In this document: positions 1 through 13,500 of the stretch, in pieces | How the letters are laid out: every line of letters starts with the position of its first letter | Position numbering within the stretch: the stretch's first letter is position 1 | Assembly: GCA_000934665.2 (NCBI GenBank) | Contig: JYFJ02001616.1 | Span: 54,543-74,542 of the forward strand | DNA length: 20,000 nucleotides | DNA from: Catajapyx aquilonaris | Lineage: Eukaryota | Direction of reading: 5' to 3' | The notes under the pieces: model-generated | Seen by the model: only the letters and a program-made list of their open reading frames with translations | The model's database searches: none | What the model was told of the DNA's origin: nothing | Position numbers and translations under genes: made by a program

Positions 1-1989
1 GATGAGTGGGCTTTTCTGGCCTGCTTTAGTTCATTGCACTGATGTGAGTCATTGCTATGGGGGGTTTCCCAGTATGAGGCCTCTTTGGCTGATGCATTTT
101 TAGAATGAGACGGTTGTGGGACAAAAGGGCGAGAACCTCAGAGATATTCAAATGGGAGAGAAACCGTGTTACCCATAGATCTAATTCTAATGTAGAGAGC
201 CCATAATAATTGTATTACTTCTAACAGTTCACTGCGTGCTCTTTGTCATATGGAGAAAGGGAAGCTGCTTCTGAAATTGAAGAGTCAATAATATGAAGTG
301 CCTCGGAATCCCATATGGAACCAGTATTTTGATTTTTCGCATTTTTATTTGTAATATTCTCAAATTATGGGTTGAACCACTTTGGCTCTGAGGCATATTT
401 GTAGCATAGAGATTGCGTGTGACGGTGTGAGTAATGAAATGACAATATATTACTATTTCTATATTGCGCTATATTATTATTGTCCGGCTTCTAATTTGTA
501 CACGTCAGTGTGGGAGATAATTTTAAAAGGGGTAAGCCGACACAGTGGCATGCAGTATTTTCTCAGGGGACTAATTTGGAGAGGCAAAAAAAAAAACAAA
601 CTGTAGTAATGAAAATGTTTTTCTCCACGGTTTGGGTGAAGTTAATGCAGGGCATTTCCCCAGGAAAGTTCAACTCTTTCACTAGTCAGCAAGTGGTTAT
701 GAATTCGTCTCGGAGTACAATAAGTTACACGTCGGGCTTGTGCGTGCCTGAGATTCTCACATCATTGTTATGCACATGCTGTTTTGCTCCTGCGGCATTA
801 ATGCAGGAAGAGACGGGCTACGTTTCAAAGGAACTCGTATCCTGGACTCTATGCAACCGTTCATACCACTGGGTTTAACCCACCGGTGAATGACATAACG
901 TTGATGTATGGCAGAAAAACCAGAATCACTGTTGTTAAAATATTCGTCAATTATTATGTAATGTGTGACCAAATTTCTGCGTATATTTGTCACCGGAAGG
1001 AATTAATACTATAGGGACTGGTGCGTGTTTTGGGAGCTATATTGATGTTGAATGTCACATTGCAGGGATAGCCGCTAATGAGAAACCAACCGTGGACTTC
1101 CCAACTTGACTCATTACTCACTACTCAGTATTCCCGGTTCATAATTACATGGTCATACACACACAAAAAAAACCCAATTCAAGAGCTTTTAAGAAACCTT
1201 CACTAATGCGAATATAATGTTTCAACCTTCTAGATATTGTGTACATACATGCTTTAATTTGTTCCCCATCAGCGACATAATGTGACACTTTGATCAGTAA
1301 CTTTTACGGAAATCTACACCTACCGGCCAGCCCTATATCGGCTCCCGAGACCGCCAAAAAACCAGTTTGTTGCAGCCGAGCTTTAATTAGCCAGCTCTTT
1401 GTTTCTCTCGTAAACACAATATAGGGAGCCTTAGGGCAACAACTGGGAATTACAAGCAGGTATAGGCAAATTCGTTGTGGGAGCTGTGGCGGGGGTGGGG
1501 GGTGTTGGACACGGGGGGGCCGGAGTCCGAGACCTTGAAGTTGGAAGAGTCCTTTTTGCTGCCGTCGTAATCCTTGGAGAGGTAATTGACCAGGATCAGC
1601 AGCAGCAAGTTTGTGGGAGAAAAAGAAGTGGAGAGGGCGAGAAAAAGGGCAGATAATTCAAGGAAGCTGAGCTGGGCTTTTGTAAGTCGCACACCAACAC
1701 GAAATGGGGCAATGATCGCTGCTGGAATGCAATTGCGCTCTTTTTTTTCTTTTTTTTTCTTTTCTTTTCAAACGCCCGGCAGGTGGAATTCTGCTCAACG
1801 CCAGCCTTGCCATGTTTCTTATTACTGCCGTGATTATTGTTGGAGATCTTTATCATTAGAGATGTCGAGGTGACCTACCTTGGCCTTTACCTCTTGTTTC
1901 ACCACATTTTTTTTTTCTTCGGTCCGTTATCCCCTAGTAACACTGTAGCCTAATTTGCATTCAGCGGCGATGTGATCCATTCATGCTCT

Positions 1990-2760
1990 TTCAGGATGAA
2001 CAACATGCACCAAACCTGTCCTTTTGAAGTGTGCATTTTTACCTCCCCCTCCGGCACTATCCGCCCAGTTCATGTCCACAAGACAGGAATGTCACCAAGC
2101 CAACAGACATTCGAATACTTGTGGTAATTTTGTCCTCAGTAAACCGACGGCAGGTACAATTAGTCAAAAAATGGTTTTGTCCAATACCTCTGTTGGGTGT
2201 GTAGCGCCAGGATACGTTTGGTATTTTATTTATATATATTTTTTTTTACAAAAAAGGCAGTACATGGAGAAGCTTTTAGCCCAGGGCTTTTTGGATGCAC
2301 ACAGAATGCATCTTCAGGTGGAGGGCACGTTTTCATGCAATGGTTTTCAAGATGACAGACATGATCCTAGCCTTGTACTGCCGGAGGACCTGTGCCCTGA
2401 GTGCATGGAGCGTTGAGCTTTCAAGCTGGCATGTTGGCCCTTTTATAAGACGAAGCTGGTGGTCCTTTAGACACGCTGTTTCGCTCGACAATCAATCTCG
2501 GCTCAGGCGACGACTCTATAGGGTCTCTACAGGGGGTCTCATCAGCATCCTCTTGGCTCACCAATGGAGGTCTTCGCCTACTCCCGTTTTATCTGCGCTT
2601 GACAAAGGGAGGCTGCACAAAGCGAATAATTGTGAACTTTGGGAGCACCATATTTTGGGTGACTATTGTTACTCATCCTTTTTCTGCTGTATTTTCATGA
2701 TGCGGTCATGCCGCAATATTTGACCACTTTTTGTGCTTGAGTGAGCAACATTTTAGTAAT
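1990..2760. mobile_element. Possible highly decayed PIF/Harbinger transposon remnant (convergent nuclease and Myb-like genes)
   Basis: + strand RRQVQLVKKWF (2145-2177) resembles a HARBI1-type C-terminus. Minus strand has KKWSNI (2715-2732, Myb/SANT-like helix 3) and a coiled-coil-like tail LHALRAQVLRQYKARIMSVILKTIA*KRALHLKMH...ALG* ending at 2276. These are short motifs only; boundaries are approximate. Confidence 0.35.
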
Positions 2761-4392
2761 TCAATACCGGCGGGCTAATACATGGGTGGGGGTAAACTGG
2801 AAAATGCAGCGGAAGCTACACTGGCGGGGGAAAAACTTACGTGACAGCTTCTGAAATAGAAGTGAATGCTAAGAATAGTAATAAGTAGGCAACTGTCCGG
2901 CCAAAAATGTGCGCAGACTAGTCACGTCTGAAAAGACCGCGAGGCTTTTACAGAAGGGTGATTTTTGAACCATTTTTTTTTTGCCTAGTGTGACGCACCT
3001 ACTATATGGAATATCTGAGCCAATTCAGTTCCAAGTCGCAGTCTAATGCAATGTCGTCTGACCGTCCCGGGGAAAAAATGCTTTAGCCTGGAGGATGGAT
3101 GTATAAATATGGATGGGAGAAATCACGTTCATGCCTGAATGGTATCACGACCAGTCCACTTTGTTCATCACGACTATGCAGCCACGCTTAGCTCTATCCA
3201 CCTCACTCTCATTTTCCATTGCATCTCAGTAGACAGACGACAACAACAATATGCAGATGTGCTGCCAATTCAGATATTGGTCGTGACGAGGCACAAAAGG
3301 CTAATAGCTGGCCATTTATGGACGCTGCTTGATTCCAATCTATCGCAGCATTTTGATCGTGATTGGGGTCAGTACACCAGAACCGAGGTCATCATTTGTT
3401 CATATGACTATTGGCTAGTTGAAGCATTGTACGCGGGTGTTTTCACGGTGGTCTCCAGAGCGATGGATGGGCACGAGCTATTCTTTCAAGGAAGTGATTT
3501 TCTTTTTTTTTCTTTTTTCCTTTCTTGTACACGGTGCTGGTCCCCTGAGAGCGGCAACGACCACCGTTACTACGGTTGGCAAAGAGATAGGTCTGGGTAG
3601 TTGGCAATAGGCATGCTCCATTCGACATCCTCAGCACACTTGCAAGCGACTGAAGCAGTCACGCTTCATGCTTCTTCTAGGGGGAAATCGCCAAATTCTG
3701 GGCATTCGATACACCACTCGCACACCCGCCGTCCTTCCGCATAATTATAATTCAATAACAAATCATGGTGACGCGTCCGAGCTGGGGGTGCCCTATATGC
3801 TGGGTGGACTGGCCGCGATATGCATCGCGATGACCACTCGGTTGCATTCAGCGGAAATACATTTAGGGGCAACGGTTGTGCAAATTGACATCTTAATTGG
3901 CACTACAGGGTGACGGTACTCATTTTAAAGCGGCATGACGGTATTTTAAAATGTGTATATGGCGATGTGCTCGGTCGTGTTTGCCAACGGTTCTCAGGCT
4001 TTGTCGCTAAGCATATGGCCAAAGTAGCATATCCGTAGTGTAACAAAGGCTTCTTTAGAATATAGTATTGATCAAGACCGCTACTAGAGCAGCAAACAAA
4101 ACAAAAAAAAAATGCTGGCATAACCTTGAACCAATCTCTGTTAAGCGATTCGAAGCGGTCGCGTTTCTGTTCGTTTCGCTTCATGGCTAAGCTTCATATC
4201 CCGACCTGCTGACCTGCGATTATCAAGCGAATTTCGTTACACTCTGTATACGAAGAACCCGGTGGTCTTCTCACCTTAGACAGTGTGAAGACTTCCCGGT
4301 AACATAACTGCTGATTTATGACAGCCCTGACAATATTACTATGTAACGCAACCTGTTTCTCATGGACCCATGTCCTTTTCTTTACCAACCAG

Positions 4393-4533
4393 GTACATCG
4401 GCGTCCAGCTCAGCGTCGGTGAAGGCCTTCCGCTGCCCTCACATGTGCCCCAAAGTGATAGATCCCGTATGTGGAACCGACGGCAAGATCTATTCCAACG
4501 AGTGCGACATGAAGAGGAGAACGTGTGGCAAAG
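4393..4533 (+). CDS. Kazal gene coding exon A (domain 1: [33 protein letters not shown])
   Basis: Polypyrimidine tract plus AG at 4391-4392; donor GTGATG at 4534; 141 nt, phase 1-1. Confidence 0.9.
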
Positions 4534-7500
4534 GTGATGAGAACAGTGTCAGTCGCTGGAGCGTGTCCATTAACCCACTGACACGTGCATGTTACCATGT
4601 TAGCCTACGGTACGTTCTGACAGCATGTACGAGCACATGTGCTCTGGAAGGAAGGAAGTCTGACTGGGGAAAGAAAAGGAGGAGATATAATGGCTCTGGT
4701 TTTACAAGCCCGCCAGGCATCCTTCTCCGATCCTTGTCCCTTCCAACTGGAATTCTTGTCCTACAAACTTTCATTTCTCACGATTAATTATTCCGCCCGC
4801 AACCTCTTCTCGCCTGCAGCAATGGCCGCTTTATCGCGTTTGTCATCGTCTTTGTGCTAGTTATCTAGTTTTTTGATTAGTATATAAAAAACCTTCGCTA
4901 CTGGTACCATTGCAGGTTATCGCTCTGGAATCGCTTTTAATTGGTGCAGTGGTACTTCATTAGGAATGACAAGTGGATGGGAACACTTTGGGGGCAGTGT
5001 TCGGATTGGCGAAAAAAATGTGGGTACATGCTACGTCATTGGGTTATGGATGTGGTTCGTTTGCTGGGAGAAAGGTTTGGGTATAATATACTTATCTGCA
5101 CGCACTCATCGTTGTCATCATCTCTTGTTGAGTCAGATTTTCAAGCACATGTAATCATGTAACGTAACGATCTTACTCACAGCGTGACTATCATGTCAGT
5201 TGTATGTAGACTACCGTGTTTATGCAAGGGATTGAGGATTAAGTTTTGCGTGCCATTTTTTCCTCTTCTGTTGGGGTGAATCTCTGATGGAATCCGGATG
5301 GGCTCCTAATGCTAAGAAATGCGTTTTATTGCAGGGATTGGAGGATCGCAGAGAGAATTGTAATTCATCTGTACTGAGACAAATTCTTAAAACATGTTCA
5401 TGTTTCATTGTCAATCTGATAGTCTTTCCTTATAACAATTAATTGAAGTAATGGGAAGCATTTACTCATGCTTAATGTAATGTTAAAAGCTATTTTTTTT
5501 ACATTTCACTCGAATTTTTAAATCACGTTAACTTTTCGTACCAGTAATAGTACCGTATTTTATGCCATTCTACACAGGTAGTATGAAGTGTATTATTATT
5601 TAAAGCGAATACTTGCCTCCAGCGCACGTGAATTATATAAAGCATTTAATTCTAATATCAGAACTAACATTAAAATGTTTCTGTTAAATTGATTGTAGGT
5701 TTGTAACAGATATGGGCTATACTGTATAAGACCAAAAATTATCTGATGTTATTATATAAAGGTATTATCTTGGCAAATTAAAAAGTCTCGAAACGTGTGG
5801 CATTAATGCCAAGCGATCAACATCTCTAAATGGTGTCCTGTGCAGATATTTATTATTGACTGAACACCTAGAAGCATTTGACCTTTGTCATGAGAGTGTG
5901 AAAAACATTATATTATAAAGGTGCACTAGGTTTCTACAGATGTGATGGAAATGGAGCAACAATGGGTTCCTCCTAAGTGTGCGCCGCCCAGGAAATCACA
6001 ACTGCTTGTTTTAGATCACACTTTTTTTTTGTTGCTGTTGAACGGCAAAAAAGTTCTATTTTGCTATTCCGTGTAATTATACCTAACGAGAGCGTTTCAT
6101 GACCAGAGTTACGTTCATTAATTTGCAATCAGATACGGGTCTCATTAATTCATTACAGCTTAAACGAATCGGGAGTTAATCGCGGACCACCACGAATAAG
6201 AAACGCAATGATAATACTAAACAGCTCTGAACGACCAGCATTTATGGCAGCATTATGCTTAATAACCAATATCGACAACCTTACGAGTTCAATTACCTAC
6301 CCGCTAATTTCATGTGCACAATAGCCTGCAGGGCGGTCCGGCAAATCCAACCCTGTGGGAAGAATACATGCGAAGACCAAAATGATTTTTCCGAAGAGAA
6401 GTCGTGGACAGTTGATTAGTCTTCTTGTGGTCAGCCCTGGAGGGGTGGGTGGGTGGGCAAGGTAGGGTTGTGACCATCATGAATGGGAACGGTCCCGTTG
6501 CAAATGATGGTAAGCGGTCCATGACTCTTGCGACGTGCTTTTTTTTCTTCTTATTTTCCTTCACGTCATCAGTCGCTTCCATCTCTAAGCTATAATCCTT
6601 TTCACGATGTAGTCGTAACGGTATCGTATTTTTTCCCCCCCTATACTCTTCGCCCCGTCGTCTTTCATTTTAATTAACACTTGGGAGCCAGGAGCCCTCG
6701 CCGCGTGCAATTTAGTCGCGCCTAATTATACACTGGCTGGGTTGCAGTTTGTAAGCAACTTGCCGTACCCTAGGCACGTCTAGCAAGTTGCTGTCGCCTA
6801 CTTTTCTCATTAGGCCACCATGCAGTTCGGATTTGCCCGTGACCAATTCTCCCGGCTTTTGACAACGACATTCATTTCGGAGGACCATGCAAGTGCACTT
6901 GGGTGACCGAGAGACCCGAAGTAAAGGGTGCAAATTGACCCACATGGGAGCAATAACTTTTCATTTCGATGATTGCGTGCGGCCTCGTTTTCACGGTCAC
7001 GATGTTTTGCAATAATTACGTGGAAAATGGTGGGAGAAAAGTGGTCGTGCACCGCGGACGTTGCGTTGGGCTGAAAGGGGCGACTGCACTGCACCCGGTC
7101 GCATGTACCACATGGACCCGGGTATAGCAGGTGTCTGATGAGGGACAAACATGCTGCTTTAGTTGGATGGCTATATTATCTGAACAACCAACTATTAAGT
7201 ACTTAAGGAGATGTAGTAGCTTGTAAACTGCCTTCTCTGGCTGAAACGGTCACGGCAGCCGCTGGCTGTGCAATACAGTGTGAGGTACAGGTGGTTGACC
7301 GTCTACATGGTATTGGTTTACTAACTAATGCGTTGGCTTGTTTGATGACAGAGGTGGAGGCCAGGCTGCAAGTGGATGATTGTTCCTTGGCTGATGGAAC
7401 TTCCAAGTGTGAGCACAAGTGTTCGGATGTGTACGACCCTGTGTGTGCCACCAATGGACGGACGTACCGTAACCTGTGCATGCTGAGGGTCGAGGCTTGC

Positions 7501-10500
7501 AGGTCAGTAGAAATTTCAGTACTGTACCAATGACACTGGGGCAAACTTATGGAAAAGTAATGTCGCCTTACAATATTTACCCGCTGCTATTTTTGGCATT
7601 CTCAAACGGGTAGAGCTGGACTACCGCAACAATGTTATCGTGGTGATATGGGAATTCGAGACGTCGTAGCTGGTTGGGTAACATTTGGTCTGGGGCACTG
7701 CATTGCACCAAATAGCATATAGACACCTGCAGCGCAATGAGGACCAGAGTGTATTTGATCCTGCGAGTTAGGCCGATTGGATGGGATGCTTGCTATTAAG
7801 GTTGCCTAACTGCAGGCATCGATCCGGCGACTGTCAGGCCCAATGGCGCCCAGGGGAGATGCCAGCGATCACGTTATCTAACCAAAATAGTTCCTGTTAG
7901 AATCCCCACACGTGCAATACTTTCACTTGGACACATGCATAGAATTGCAAAATGTAACAGCGTTTCATTTTCCATAGCCTATGCGAATGGCAGTGCTAGG
8001 GAAATTATGTATTTGAGCAAAAAAGCAACAGACACCAAATGTCATTGTCATTCCTTGCCCATTCTATTGGTGATGAGAAAAGAATAGATCCCACGGATTC
8101 TGAGATACGGCTTAGTAAATCCGTTGTTGATGGTCGCCATTTGAAAACGGCACTCCAAATTGCTCCTGTGCTACAGTTGGTTGTTAGGACCATGTCTTTG
8201 TCGGCGTCATCAGACATGCCAATCAAGGTCTACTGATTGCATCACATATGTACGAATAGGGGGGTACTTGATGCCGTTTCCCAGTTAGGCTGGTTGTCTT
8301 TATGGCGATATGCCAAAATGTACTGTCTCGCCATCATGCATCACGTGTTGTTTAGCTCAAAGGCAGGTAGTCTGATCTCAACCCATCAGCATGAAATCCT
8401 TAATGATATGGAACGCATTTTTCTTCGCCCAATGTTTTCCGCTATCCAGTGATATTCGTCTTGATGTAGTGACATTATATGGTAAGGAAATACCATGAGC
8501 GGAGTTATTGCAATTTGCGACAAGGTGTAGCAGTGTCAGGTGGTGTTTCAAGTCATAAAATGAAGTGATGCGTGTGTATACTGCATATAACTTAGCTTCT
8601 GAAATGGCTGAGGAGCGAAATTTATGTTCGACCATATAACCGCAGAGGCTGTCAGAAAGAGTTGGAAATAGGCTTTATTACTCCCAGTGCACATACCGTA
8701 TGTCGTTGTTCGGTAAACGGGTTTGCCTCTTACTCTATACGTGTGAACACAAGTGTAATCGGTTATCTTCACCATCATGTGAGTAGGAGGAAGAGGCTAA
8801 TTATTTGTTCACAGTTTTTTTTTTCCTCTTACGGCTTAGTCTGAAGATGGCTCAGATATGGAGAGCTGTGTTCAATCATGAGTTCCTTCCATTCATTTCA
8901 AAATACATGGAAAATTGCACTTCTTATAGTTATGGCAAATGATGCCGGTATTATTTTCTGGAGAAGAGTTATACGATGGTTTCTTCTTCTTCAAGGCCTT
9001 TAATTTGAACACCGATATGCCTACTTGTTGTCTGACACTGTGTAGTAGTTGTTGCATTTATTAATTACTGGTTGAGTATTGGTCCCTAAGGGCAAGGATT
9101 TTAACTAATGAGTAGGTGTGTTCTAGGAAAAAAAGCGAAACAAGGAAGGCAGCTCATGCAATGCTTGAGGAGGTACATCTTTTACAATGAAGTAATCTCG
9201 TTATTAAAATGAAATTGAATCACGCCAGTAGCAGTGCACAGGACAGAGCCAGTTTAAGAGCTGAAATGTGTCTAATCCCCTTGAATAACATGGTGGTTAT
9301 AAGACACTCGCGGTACCGGTAATCATATTGGCAAAATGAGGGATAAAAGCTTGAATATTACCTTGATATTACCTAGAATGAACTTCACTTTTGACATATA
9401 CCGTGTTAGGCGAGCGTGTTCACATTAAAGCTACGGAGACAAAAGGGTTGCCAAATTCCTTCCACCAGAATTGCAGTGGAGCATTGTACTAACAATTTTA
9501 AAGGGGGGCAGGAACTTTGTTTATAACGACATGCATTCATAAGCTAAAGATTACTAATCACATTATGCCCACTTTGTTTAGGGAGAAGCATTACAGCACT
9601 CGTAAAAGGATTATGGGAAAATTATATGAAAGGAAGGCTTCCTGATTAGGATCCTCCTTAATATTGTGACATGGCCTATAATTTAACGATTTTCTCAACA
9701 GTTCAAGGTCTTTTTTTGCGGGTAATTAAGTCCGCAATATGTGACTCAATAGTCTTGGCAGACCAGTTTCTGAATGGCCGAGTCAAAAAAACTGACGTGG
9801 ATATTTTTTCTGCGGGAGCTGCCCAATTATAGCCCGGGTTACACGTTGTCATGGGAAGAATGCACAGGCACCTAGTGTATATTATGTTTTTACTAGGCGA
9901 GAGTCATTAATTGCGTTAGGAAGTGGTGAAGGAGCTATTTTGGAGTGGTGATTATGAGAAGGTCGGTACTTTGATTTTTGAGCATGCGAGTCCATAATTA
10001 TACCCTCTTACAGAGCTGTGTCCAATATTTAAAAAGTGTACATGCGCGTTTACGATTCACGCTAAGGCAATCAGGAGGCATAAAGTCTACATATAGCATG
10101 TTTTGTTATCATTTTTTGGAACAAAAAATATTTTTGCCACAACCTTCCTAAGAAATTAGGTTCCATGCAAAACCTGAACTTACTTCGACAATCAATAACA
10201 CGTTCCTCAGGATATTAAATTACGAGTCGAGCCTTTGCATGCCGTATGGGAATAGAGAGTGAACCACACGCCATAACATTATTAAGCGTAATAATTCGAT
10301 TAATTATACCGAGCACCCAGGGTTCCACGTGTGCATTGAGAAGTTATTTAAAGGTATAGCATACTGCTTATTTTGTTAGCAACCTTCCACGAAACTGTGC
10401 AGCTCCAGTTACATATAACTTTCATGATGCATCCTAGAATCATCCGTCACCTGTCCAACTTTGTTCAAACGTCACAGGTATTCCAGAATAATTGTATATG

Positions 10501-13500
10501 CCTAACTAACAAAAAATATATATGGGTGGGTTTACCATAAAACCATTCCATGTAATGCGGAAAAATGCCTATAGTCGCTCTATATTCTGGCCAGGTTGCG
10601 GTTAGCAAATACTTTTCCAAGTATATTTAGAGAGCCGGGTGTTACACGAGGGCATGGCATAACGTGACGTGCCGGCGTGTACATCATGCAAGAGGATAGG
10701 CCAAGGGTAGGCGCGCCCATGTTGGTCCATGCACTTGAACTCATCAAGGAAGGAGGTCGGTCCGCCCCAACAGCGCCAAGGTGAAGATAGTTCGAGACGA
10801 GCTAGGATGTCGCCGGAGAAATAGTTTAGGTCAGGAATTTATAGAAGTCACTGTGCGGGGGATAAATGCGGACCACGACCAGTCCTGAAGTGGGTCTCCT
10901 GCTGGATAATTTTCCATAGGTCCGTTACTTGTGCTGGATAAGGTAGGTAGGATGCTGGCAAAGGGGGGCAGTGAAAGAAGTCGTCTGGACGAATAGCATG
11001 GCGTGGATCTAAATATGTCGAGTATATGGGTTAGGTTAGGTTCGATGCTGAACTCGACAAGTGTGATTAGCAAGTGCGCCGGCATGAGGCATGTCTGAGG
11101 GCAGATGCCATGCGAACACGATGACCACGTAGGGTCATTTTCAGACCATTCTGATCCCATTCCTACGAGAGACACTGGCTAGCAAAGAAGGAAGTGGATG
11201 AGAAAACGAGGCTGCGAGAAGGTGCATGAACTTGGTGCCGGCAGCCATGCAGAAGGAATATTAAGGCCATTGGCTGAAAGCCAAAGGTCACGTCAAGGCT
11301 GCTGCAGCAAACATCCATCCTCCGTGAAGCCAATGGCCTACCTGACCATGTGGTCGATGCACTTGCCCTTGGAATTGACTGCCATTTCGGAATAAGTGCC
11401 GGGATCGGGGATTGTAACCGACCTAAAGATTATGGCGTTTTAGAATAATGATATTGAATCTTTGCGCATGCAGCTGCCGCTGGACCACACAAAACGTGCT
11501 TGTCGTCTGGATCGTGAGCTAGTTGCTTTTTTTTTGGTCCAATGAATTTCTCAGGGTGTTTCGTATTGGAAGGAGCGCTTAGCCATTATGCCGCGCCATT
11601 TAATCACGGCAGTTGCGGTTCTTTTGCTAGATACAACATTTGACATCCCGCATAATATTGTACAGTATACGTAACACCAAATGATATAGGGCTATAATAA
11701 TAAGTTACGAATAAGTGAAGGACAAATGTGGTGAATATTCGGAAAAATAGTCACCTACTTGGTTAACATTATACAGAGTGGGGTCCATGGGAGCCAGAAA
11801 ATCAGTCCAAAAAACTACTCCGCCAAACTTTTTCAGGGCCAGTCGCCATGAGGATGACATGCAGGGATGCAGGAGGAAGCAAAATAAAAAGTGATAGGAC
11901 AATAGCTTGGAATTCATGGTTTATTCGAGGGTATACTCTCCCGAGACAATATAACATGTCCCAGCACTGCCGGTACAAACTTCTGTGACAATACGACGGA
12001 GAATATTCCTTTGACGGGATTGTCAACGTATAGGATGTTTGGTCCAGAAGTGGGATATATGTCTCAGTGGTTTTGGGGCGTACACATCTGAATGAACCTT
12101 GCACTACAGTCGTTATTGCATCTCATTTTCATTCGCAACTCCCCACTGTCCCCGTGTATATCGCGCTGTTATGGTGGAGCCGAAAAGGTTCTTTTCAGAT
12201 AGCTCTCTTGCCACTAGGATGTCTAGCAGTCCCTTGGTAGATAAGAAGTTGTAGATTTTGAATCATATTTGTTTGTGTACTTATTGGTAGTGGTCTCTGT
12301 ACACTGTGTACAGGGTTCACTGGCTGACTTTCCTTTTAATGGCACGCGCATTTTCCCTTGGGTAACAGACCATGTGAAGGGTATATAAATCATCTAATTG
12401 CGATTTTTTGGTTATGCCAATGTTCCAGAAATGAAATCTCGAAACATTTCGATACAAGTGTAGCACAATGCACCCCCCCCCCCCCCAACCTTGTTCTCCC
12501 CTCGCTTAGGGGATAGTTTTAAATATCCGTCTTTATTCATTGGCTGCGATGGAATGGCTCTTGATGGCAAGAGGTAACGGAGAACCCCGAGAAAACCACG
12601 CGAACATGGAGAGAACCTATCGAAGCTATTTCCACATGAGAAATTTCTCTGTCCTACCCAGGGATTTAACAGACCTCAGAAGTGGAAGATTGTGGCATTG
12701 ACAACTGTACCACTGTGTCACACCCACGTGGGAAAAATCATACTGTGATATGTTGTAACTTTATGTTGTAATAATGGTATACTGTACATCAATATGCAGG
12801 TGATAAAAAATGTCTGAGGAAAGGATATACATACTGTACTCTATTACACGTTTCAGTAAGGGATTGATTAACTAAAGCAGCATGTTGTTGTTGTTGCCTG
12901 GTTGTTGTTGTTGGATATTGGAGCAGGATGAGCTATGGCCTGCAATGGAGGGCCAGTAGCCTATTGCCAATTGCATGATTGTCATGATCTCATGAACTTC
13001 GACTGGTGAATACATCACATGAGTGACACAATGCATGCGAAAAAGACGCCACAATACAATATTACTCTGGGAAAGATAATATTGTATCATTTACTATCGG
13101 GTTTTTAAATACTGGTCCCTGTGTTTGACTTTAAATAACTCCCAGGAAAATGGTCCAAAAAATAACGTCATACATCATTAGAAAGCCTGTTTAAATCTAC
13201 GTAACATACGAGATATGCGCGTTGTTTACCTGTCTTCATTATGCAATTATTTATCGCAAGAAGAACACGGAAAAGTGTCATTTTTTTGGCTAGTTGCTGT
13301 CGTAAAGCCGCAAAATGAATTTTTTATGACTTTTCGGAGGCCAAAAAATTTCCCCTGTGAACCCTGGAGAGTGCAAATCTTTGTCTATCTAATGATATAT
13401 TTGAAACTTAGAAATCGCCATTTGTGTAATCATAATTAAGTTAATTGCACACCTCAGTTATCTCGGCCGTTTATAATCCGAATTTCTTCACGAATGTATC

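Noticed and set aside
2024..2723. + strand ORFs of 130 and 142 aa as genes
   Set aside because: No recognisable domain; they cross low-complexity T/A runs and are more likely shadows of a decayed element.
3668..3913. ORF with the hydrophobic segment MLGGLAAICIAM as the signal-peptide exon
   Set aside because: Nearby GT donors give phase 2, incompatible with the phase-1 acceptor at 4393, and the signal-peptide character is weak.
4534..4787. C-terminal part of ORF 4362..4787
   Set aside because: Intron read-through past the donor at 4534; Kazal Cys6 is supplied by exon B.
7203..7544. Minus-strand ORFs overlapping Kazal exons (also 4410..4598, 15752..15961, 16220..16447)
   Set aside because: Antisense shadows of true + strand exons.
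11750..11810. Chromodomain-like YLV../[12 protein letters not shown]
   Set aside because: Requires a frameshift, the spacing is wrong, and there is no supporting Gypsy integrase sequence.
12473..12486. Poly-C run (also the poly-G run with an N at ~15495-15508 and short TTG repeats at ~12884-12912)
   Set aside because: Simple low-complexity sequence; homopolymer lengths are unreliable.
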